This document shows positions 37,512-42,859 of a stretch of 42,859 nucleotides of DNA, in pieces. The position numbers and the translations under genes were made by a program. The number at the start of each line of letters is the position of its first letter. Within the stretch, counting starts at the first letter, position 1. The DNA comes from a virus. Lineage: Duplodnaviria > Caudoviricetes. The stretch lies in the IMG/VR virus record IMGVR_UViG_3300033407_000043, positions 1 through 42,859 of that record. One strand, written 5' to 3'. The notes beneath the pieces are model-generated. The model was not told where the DNA came from, searched no databases, and saw only the letters and a list, made by a program, of their open reading frames with translations.

Positions 37512-37655
37512 TTATAAAAGACTAGGCCCGAAAAGTAACCAAAGAATAGAAATAGCCCCAATAATGAGTGAAGCTTGAAAGGTGAAAAGAAAAATTTCAA
37601 AAAGAACGCACAGGATTTTATAAACTATCATTGGCATTTTAATTATTACAATCAT
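37512..37655 (-). CDS. Hydrophobic microprotein (47 aa; not in ORF track)
   Basis: AGGAG RBS; MIVIIKMPMIVYKILCVLFEIFLFTFQASLIIGAISILWLLFGPSLL. Confidence 0.55.
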   Translation of the reverse strand: MIVIIKMPMIVYKILCVLFEIFLFTFQASLIIGAISILWLLFGPSLL

Positions 37656-37719
37656 TCTTTTCGCTCCTAAAAAAGTGGGACTACCTGTCCCGAGTTCAGG
37701 GAGGAAGGTTTAAGATTCT

Positions 37720-38112
37720 TTATGCGCAGTGGATATTGGAAACTGTTCGAATTGGAATTCTGGCAATTGATCCATCTTCAACTTGGATTTCCACTAGTTT
37801 TGAATTAATGGTTGCGCCGTAGTCAGATAGATCACAAATGCCATTCGTCATGTGGGAAGAAGCCTTTTGAAAAGCAAAAGGATCGGAAGGATTAGCTGCG
37901 GCATATTCAGAAGCTGCAGCTAGGATTGAAGCTTTGTCTTTGTTGTTACGAAGGGCTTTGAGCTTATTTATCTCAATAAGGCTGTCAGCTTTGGCATCAA
38001 GAACCCGAGTGATTTTGTTTGAGAACGGATCAAGGAAAACCTGATTAATGGTTTCCGCAATCCGAGCTTCGATAAATTCGTCGTAAGAGTTGCGAGCTGG
38101 TTTTGAAGACAT
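37720..38112 (-). CDS. Hypothetical protein
   Basis: GAGG RBS, 130 aa. Confidence 0.75.
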   Translation of the reverse strand: MSSKPARNSYDEFIEARIAETINQVFLDPFSNKITRVLDAKADSLIEINKLKALRNNKDKASILAAASEYAAANPSDPFAFQKASSHMTNGICDLSDYGATINSKLVEIQVEDGSIARIPIRTVSNIHCA

Positions 38113-38141
38113 AGTTTTATTCCTCTTTTTTGGAGTTAGGG

Positions 38142-38609
38142 TTAGAGATCGACTTCTTGGAGTTTTTTGATTATGTTCTTGATATCTTCTTTAAACTGGT
38201 TTGTTATTGTAGGTGGCGGATTTGAATATGCGCCATAGCTAAGTACGGGCATATAGGCAGGGAGGCATTTAGGCAGAGCTTGATTAAGCTCCTTTAAACT
38301 ATTCTCAATCTGGCCCAGTCTAGCAAAATTAATAGCTTTGAGTTTCTTGCTGGTGTCTTCATCATATGTATCTGGATTTCTCATATAATTAGAAGAAAGT
38401 TTATCTCCAAGTGTCCGTGCCATAACAGCACCAGCAAGACAAACATTACACCTGCTTTCACCAGTTCTAGGATCGTATGATTTCTCATACCAAGCGGCCA
38501 TGTTTATCATATATTTTTCCGGTTGGCTTTCTACCCATTCTAAGTCTAAAAGGGCAACTTTGAGCAGGTCGCTTAGTTTGTCAGGTAAATTTTTAAGTTC
38601 AGTTTGCAT
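38142..38609 (-). CDS. Hypothetical protein; paralog of 36213-36638
   Basis: LPDKLSDLLKVALLDLEWVE...CNVCLAGAV. Confidence 0.8.
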   Translation of the reverse strand: MQTELKNLPDKLSDLLKVALLDLEWVESQPEKYMINMAAWYEKSYDPRTGESRCNVCLAGAVMARTLGDKLSSNYMRNPDTYDEDTSKKLKAINFARLGQIENSLKELNQALPKCLPAYMPVLSYGAYSNPPPTITNQFKEDIKNIIKKLQEVDL

Positions 38610-38622
38610 TTTTTCCTCCTTC

Positions 38623-38952
38623 TTAAAAAGATTTTTCTATGGGAAAGTTTTCTAGATTTTTCCAACCTTCTCCGGAACCAATGACGCAAGTTCTTTTAGT
38701 AATTGGACTCGTTATAACCATGGTCCAAGTTTCAGAGCCGGGAGAACTAAGGATTTCTACAAAAAATCCGTTAGTAGTAATTCCAGAAGATACAGGAATT
38801 TCTTGCCATTTTTCTTTAAGATGTTTTATAACCTTGCTTCTGGGACCGCAATTTTTTGGAGATTGAGCATAGGAAGTTTCTGCGGTTGCGTGGTTTAGAA
38901 GAATTGCAAAAGCCGCAGAGATGGAAATTGTCAGGAGGGTTGAACGTTTCAT
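38623..38952 (-). CDS. Secreted/periplasmic small protein of a family I associate with Alphaproteobacteria
   Basis: Sec signal peptide (ATA-ET); CGPR...WTMVITSP...TCVIGSGEGW. Confidence 0.75.
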   Translation of the reverse strand: MKRSTLLTISISAAFAILLNHATAETSYAQSPKNCGPRSKVIKHLKEKWQEIPVSSGITTNGFFVEILSSPGSETWTMVITSPITKRTCVIGSGEGWKNLENFPIEKSF

Positions 38953-38965
38953 CTTTTTGGTTCCT

Positions 38966-39322
38966 TCAAACTAAGAAAATCCGGTCATCCGGGGCAAACA
39001 TTTGCAAAGTTCCACGCTGACCAGCTGAGCCGGCTATTTGAGTATAGCGAATCAAAAAGTCCGGTATGGTAGGAGCAATGATCATGTACCTGTTGTTGTC
39101 CGCCGCTTTTGGATGCAAGGGGTGAGCAAACCTAAAGATAGTACCTACCGGCATATTCTTAGGATCCCAACCTTGGGCATTTCGCAGAGCTTGAGCGGCT
39201 GCTTCAAGTTCCATGACAACCTTTTCCCAGCCAAAGTTAGAAACAAGATCTGAGTCTTTCATATTAAGATCCTTAGTCAGATTTAAGACCAGGTCTATGA
39301 TTTTTTGTTCTTCTGGTCTCAT
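38966..39322 (-). CDS. Hypothetical protein
   Basis: 118 aa, ATGA overlap. Confidence 0.7.
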   Translation of the reverse strand: MRPEEQKIIDLVLNLTKDLNMKDSDLVSNFGWEKVVMELEAAAQALRNAQGWDPKNMPVGTIFRFAHPLHPKAADNNRYMIIAPTIPDFLIRYTQIAGSAGQRGTLQMFAPDDRIFLV

Positions 39323-39774
39323 TCGCTTGATCCTTTTTTAGATACTCTTGGGTTTGTTTCAGAAGCTACAAGCCAATTAGGGTACCGCCATGAATCCCGA
39401 ACTTTGCAATCCCCGCAGATACGCTCGCCGGAGTGAGCAGAGTAGAAGAATTCCAGGCATTGCAAGCACTTACGATCTTTCCCTTCAATAAGGGGTTGGA
39501 TCTTTATTACAACTGGAGGATTGTCTTTGGAGTTTAGCTTTTCTATTTGTTCTATGTAAGACATGCCGTAGTTTGTAATTTTGATTACCAGGTTGGTGGA
39601 TTTTCTAAGATATGTAAGCTCCAACCGGCCAGCATTGCGAGCGGCAAGAATAGCTCGCCTGGTGTGAGGAAGGGGCAAGTTACATACCTTTGAAAGCTTC
39701 TCAGGATTGACCACAGAAGATTTCTCTTTCAACAAGGCTTTCAAAACAGAGTATTGGTAATGTTTTCTGCTCAT
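39319..39774 (-). CDS. Winged-helix plus C4 zinc-finger protein
   Basis: RKCLQCLEFFYSAHSGERICGDCK. Confidence 0.75.
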   Translation of the reverse strand: MSRKHYQYSVLKALLKEKSSVVNPEKLSKVCNLPLPHTRRAILAARNAGRLELTYLRKSTNLVIKITNYGMSYIEQIEKLNSKDNPPVVIKIQPLIEGKDRKCLQCLEFFYSAHSGERICGDCKVRDSWRYPNWLVASETNPRVSKKGSSE

Positions 39775-39819
39775 TTTTATTTCTCCTTTTTAGCTTTTCT
39801 CCGAATGTTCCAAAATTTG

Positions 39820-39939
39820 TCACATAGGGAAGAGAACCGGAAAATCTTCAGCATATTTCCAAAAGATAAAATTAAAAATAAGCAGGAAAGAAATAAGTCC
39901 GGCAAAGAAGAGAAAGCCCTTCATAAAATTAAAAAGCAT
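39820..39939 (-). CDS. Hydrophobic microprotein (39 aa; not in ORF track)
   Basis: MLFNFMKGFLFFAGLISFLLIFNFIFWKYAEDFPVLFPM. Confidence 0.5.
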   Translation of the reverse strand: MLFNFMKGFLFFAGLISFLLIFNFIFWKYAEDFPVLFPM

Positions 39940-39971
39940 TTCTTTTAGTCCTTTTTCTTTCCTGCTCATAA

Positions 39972-40070
39972 TCATAGTCCCGTTAGGTATGTGATTTGTT
40001 CCGCAAGCTCCCGGAAAAAAATCCAGCTAGCTAAGCCTATGAGAAGCCAAAAAGCTATCCGGCCTAACAT
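39972..40070 (-). CDS. Hydrophobic microprotein (32 aa; not in ORF track)
   Basis: MLGRIAFWLLIGLASWIFFRELAEQITYLTGL; overlaps the upstream stop codon. Confidence 0.5.
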   Translation of the reverse strand: MLGRIAFWLLIGLASWIFFRELAEQITYLTGL

Positions 40071-40291
40071 TTTGTAAGCTCTTCTTGAAAGGCCCGGCCA
40101 CTTTTTTCAGCCAGATCATAGGCCCAGACGAAGAGAGTTTCCGAGGCAATTTCTCGGGCATTGAAATTCGGATCGGAAATTTTGAATATAAGATTAGGTT
40201 CCTGCTTGATGAGAATTCGCTCAGCTTGATCATGGCCTAAGCCGAAGGTTTGTAGCTCCGTAAGGAGTTTTTCGAAGTTTTCATTCAGCAT
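40064..40291 (-). CDS. Hypothetical protein
   Basis: 75 aa, in operon. Confidence 0.65.
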   Translation of the reverse strand: MLNENFEKLLTELQTFGLGHDQAERILIKQEPNLIFKISDPNFNAREIASETLFVWAYDLAEKSGRAFQEELTKC

Positions 40292-40505
40292 TTTTTCTTT
40301 CTTTCATTTCATTTAGAATGATTTCCCTTTTAGCTTTATCAAAAGCCTCTAGCTTGGCAAGAAACTTTTTATAAGCTTTTTGTGACTTTTCCATAGCTAA
40401 GCCCCAAGCTTCTTCCGCATCTTCAAAAGCCTTTTCAGCTTCTTCAAAGTCTGCCTCTGCTTTTTTAGATTCAGCTTCGAGTTTTTTTAGGTTTTTTAAG
40501 GGCAT
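40281..40505 (-). CDS. Coiled-coil hypothetical protein
   Basis: Rich in E, K and A. Confidence 0.7.
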   Translation of the reverse strand: MPLKNLKKLEAESKKAEADFEEAEKAFEDAEEAWGLAMEKSQKAYKKFLAKLEAFDKAKREIILNEMKERKNAE

Positions 40506-40701
40506 TTTTTCTTTCCTTCTCTATTTGACCTGTTGAAAAGCTCCAACAGTTATTTATTTGTTCAGCTGTTACTACAAGAGGCTCAACTAAAAGCAAATCC
40601 GGGTGAAGTTCAAACATAACTATGCCGCCATTTTCCCGAGTAACTTCAATAGAAAGCCATTCACCTTCATGCTGTTCAATTTTGAATTCTTTGATAAGCA
40701 T
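40471..40701 (-). CDS. Hypothetical protein
   Basis: Start taken at MLIKEFK. Confidence 0.6.
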   Translation of the reverse strand: MLIKEFKIEQHEGEWLSIEVTRENGGIVMFELHPDLLLVEPLVVTAEQINNCWSFSTGQIEKERKNALKKPKKTRS

Positions 40702-40789
40702 TTTTTCTTTCCTTTTTCTAGTTATTGGGTGACATAAAAAACCATGCACACCCATGCACATATTATGATAACCCATAACCTTAATAGAG

Positions 40790-41602
40790 TCAAGTTTTAT
40801 TTTCCCGGGAATTCGGATTGGTATCTAGAAGAAGATTATAAGTTTTAAAAATAAGTTCTTCAGTCCTAGGCAAGCCCCAATTTTCTTGGGGAAGAGTTTT
40901 GAAAACAATCTGAACGGCTCGTTGAATTGTTTCTATGTTAGCTGGAGAATCTTCTTCGGGAGACGTTTGAGAAATTTCCAGGACCATACGATTTTCTGGA
41001 GCTTTTTCTAGAATTTCTGACCAAGGAATATAGTTCGCATCCCAGATATTAAAAGCTTTTGGAGTTTCTTTGGAAGCTTCTAGTTCATAAGCTTCAGAAG
41101 TTTTTTCCCCGAAAAGTTTTCTGTCAGCTTGGATTTTCTGAAGTTCTTCAAGCTCATCTTCCTGGGCTAGGAGATTTCTGAGGGCTTGGATTTTTCTTTC
41201 TTCAACTGAAAGAATATCATTTTTATTTTCAAGATCTGGGGTTTCAAGCATAGTTTTTACATAGCTTCGCGTAGAGATTTGCGGCTCAGAAGTTTTTATT
41301 CTGAGGGTTTTAATTTCAGCTGCTTGTTTATAAGATGTATTATTTGTTGAGAGTGTTCCGTAGGCTTCTTCATAAGAACCAGTTTGCTCATTGGGCCACG
41401 GAATATGCTCATGGGCAAGCCCATGCACTATATTCGAAATATGGCCGGGGCTTATTTTAAGAGCTTTAGCAATTTGCCTCTGAGCATAGCCTTCCACGAA
41501 CATTCTTTTAACTGTTCTGATATCTTCAACTGTAATACGATTGTTGCGAATTTTTGGAAAAGTACGCATCTTTAAGTTCCTTTTATTAGAGTTTGAAGCC
41601 AA
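40790..41602 (-). CDS. HTH-domain protein
   Basis: ITVEDIRTVKRMFVEGYAQRQIAKALKISPGHISNIVHG; start may instead be 41569. Confidence 0.75.
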   Translation of the reverse strand: MASNSNKRNLKMRTFPKIRNNRITVEDIRTVKRMFVEGYAQRQIAKALKISPGHISNIVHGLAHEHIPWPNEQTGSYEEAYGTLSTNNTSYKQAAEIKTLRIKTSEPQISTRSYVKTMLETPDLENKNDILSVEERKIQALRNLLAQEDELEELQKIQADRKLFGEKTSEAYELEASKETPKAFNIWDANYIPWSEILEKAPENRMVLEISQTSPEEDSPANIETIQRAVQIVFKTLPQENWGLPRTEELIFKTYNLLLDTNPNSRENKT

Positions 41603-41607
41603 GTTAT

Positions 41608-41772
41608 TTAGTTTTTAGCTTTTTTTTCTTTCCAAGTTACTCCCATTTTTATGTTGTGGATTGTGTTCTGAATGACTTGGAAGTCCCGGGAAATTGAAGC
41701 ACAGCTTTCTCCAAACTTGAGCCGGGCTTTTATTTCCAGAACATCTTCTTCTGAGAGCTTTTTTCTAGGCAT
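41608..41772 (-). CDS. Small HTH protein (type found at the C-terminus of HNH endonucleases)
   Basis: KLSEEDVLEIKARLKFGESCASISRDFQVIQNTIHNIKMGVTWK. Confidence 0.75.
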   Translation of the reverse strand: MPRKKLSEEDVLEIKARLKFGESCASISRDFQVIQNTIHNIKMGVTWKEKKAKN

Positions 41773-42118
41773 TAGCTTTTCCATCTTCATTTTTAAAACT
41801 ATGATAAGTTTGCATAAGTTCTGCAAGAGCCCCACTTACCTTCATATCAGGCATAAGCAAAAAGACTAAAAATTCTGGTTCTGTGGCTGAGCATCTAGAA
41901 TAAATTGAGGCTGTATTTTTAAAGGGCTTAACATTATAATTAGTCATACTTGTTACAGGATAAAGCCAAGATCTTTTTGCAGAATGTAAAACGGTCATTG
42001 GGGTTGGATGTTGAGATACCATTGTATAAACTCTATTATTTCCTATTCTAACCCTTCTAACAGCTTGGCCGTCATTAGGACCGCCTATTACAAGGGCTTC
42101 AGTTTTTAAATCAAGCAT
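41765..42118 (-). CDS. Hypothetical protein; paralog of 42180-42506
   Basis: EALVIGGPNDG. Confidence 0.7.
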   Translation of the reverse strand: MLDLKTEALVIGGPNDGQAVRRVRIGNNRVYTMVSQHPTPMTVLHSAKRSWLYPVTSMTNYNVKPFKNTASIYSRCSATEPEFLVFLLMPDMKVSGALAELMQTYHSFKNEDGKANA

Positions 42119-42179
42119 TAGCTTTTCCGTTTTAAAGTAGATTGTTTGGAATCATATTACTCGGACTGCGTCCGGGTTT

Positions 42180-42506
42180 TTAAGGTTTTCCATTTTTAAT
42201 AAGATGATAAATCTCCATCATATACATAATCCCCCAGAAGGCTGTTTCATCTTCCGGGACTAGGAAAATAAGCTCAGATGGAACTTTTATATCCCACTCA
42301 GATGTCTGAAATCTGCATATTCGATATTTTTCTGGGTTTTTAAAATCATCTGAAAAAGCAAATGGGCCGGTAAAAAAATCCTGAGCACCTTTTATTCCAA
42401 GCCACATAAAATCTTGCTCGGAAGATATTTCTTTTAAAGGAACAACTTCCCCGTCATATGCTCCGCCAATTATTAGAGCTTCTTTAAAAAGATCTACATT
42501 TTTCAT
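42180..42506 (-). CDS. Hypothetical protein; first gene of the - strand block
   Basis: EALIIGGAYDG. Confidence 0.7.
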   Translation of the reverse strand: MKNVDLFKEALIIGGAYDGEVVPLKEISSEQDFMWLGIKGAQDFFTGPFAFSDDFKNPEKYRICRFQTSEWDIKVPSELIFLVPEDETAFWGIMYMMEIYHLIKNGKP

Positions 42507-42524
42507 CTTACTTTCTTTCCTTTG

Positions 42525-42666
42525 TTCATCCTTCGGATGAAGGATTTTAATTTTGTCAGTGGGATTTTTTTTGAATTCATATTCCTAGCCTGAGCCTACG
42601 GCTCGGTTTAAGATATTCCTAAGATAAAAGAAACCTGCCCCGGGAAGTTTTCATCCTCCGGATGAA
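42525..42666 (-). repeat. Cluster of three GNA-triloop hairpins, two with identical TTCATCC/GGATGAA arms
   Basis: Minus-strand loops GAA (42525-42541), GTA (42592-42604) and GGA (42650-42666). Confidence 0.7.
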
Positions 42667-42775
42667 TCCAAATTTTATTCCCATCTGTTTAAAATCCAAA
42701 AGTTGTTTGAATGAACACAACTGATTGATGCATGATTGGGGGGAGCGTTGTGACCAAAACAATAACACATATTTT

Positions 42776-42816
42776 TGTTAAAATGAATACCAAAAGGTTT
42801 TTATCAAACAGGTCTG
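42776..42816. repeat. Right copy of the subterminal inverted repeat
   Basis: 35/41 identity to the reverse complement of 182-222. Confidence 0.85.
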
Positions 42817-42859
42817 CTCCATTCCCAAATCCATATAAGAATGAATATCAATATGTCTA

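Noticed and set aside
1-42859. Prophage features (integrase, att sites, host genes) or direct terminal repeats
   Set aside because: None recognisable in the window

Overview
The window is a near-complete, AT-rich, ~43 kb tailed dsDNA phage genome with podovirus-type architecture. No integrase, repressor, RNA polymerase, primase or canonical endolysin is recognisable, so it is probably lytic. A lipoprotein and a secreted CxPR protein point to a Gram-negative host, possibly alphaproteobacterial. The + strand (1.4-23.1 kb) carries the late module: putative TerS, a LamG + M14 carboxypeptidase protein, TerL, a PurD-like ATP-grasp ligase, portal, scaffold, major capsid, tail adaptor and nozzle, a GNAT-like protein and ejection proteins. 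The - strand (23.1-42.5 kb) carries the early and replication genes: a DUF3987-like helicase, a split family A polymerase (UDG-exo plus Pol), ParB-MTase, a holin/lipoprotein cassette, SSB, Sak4-like ATPase, vWA protein, Cas4-like nuclease and many small paralogous ORFs. Most notable: (1) a candidate peptide ligase/carboxypeptidase writer-eraser pair flanking TerL; (2) face-to-face sigma54-like promoters; (3) a 76-nt CCA-ending tRNA-like element; (4) a repeated intergenic palindrome ATCCAAATTTTGGA; (5) GNA-triloop hairpins and an imperfect inverted repeat near the ends. All calls come from reading motifs by eye; no database searches were run.
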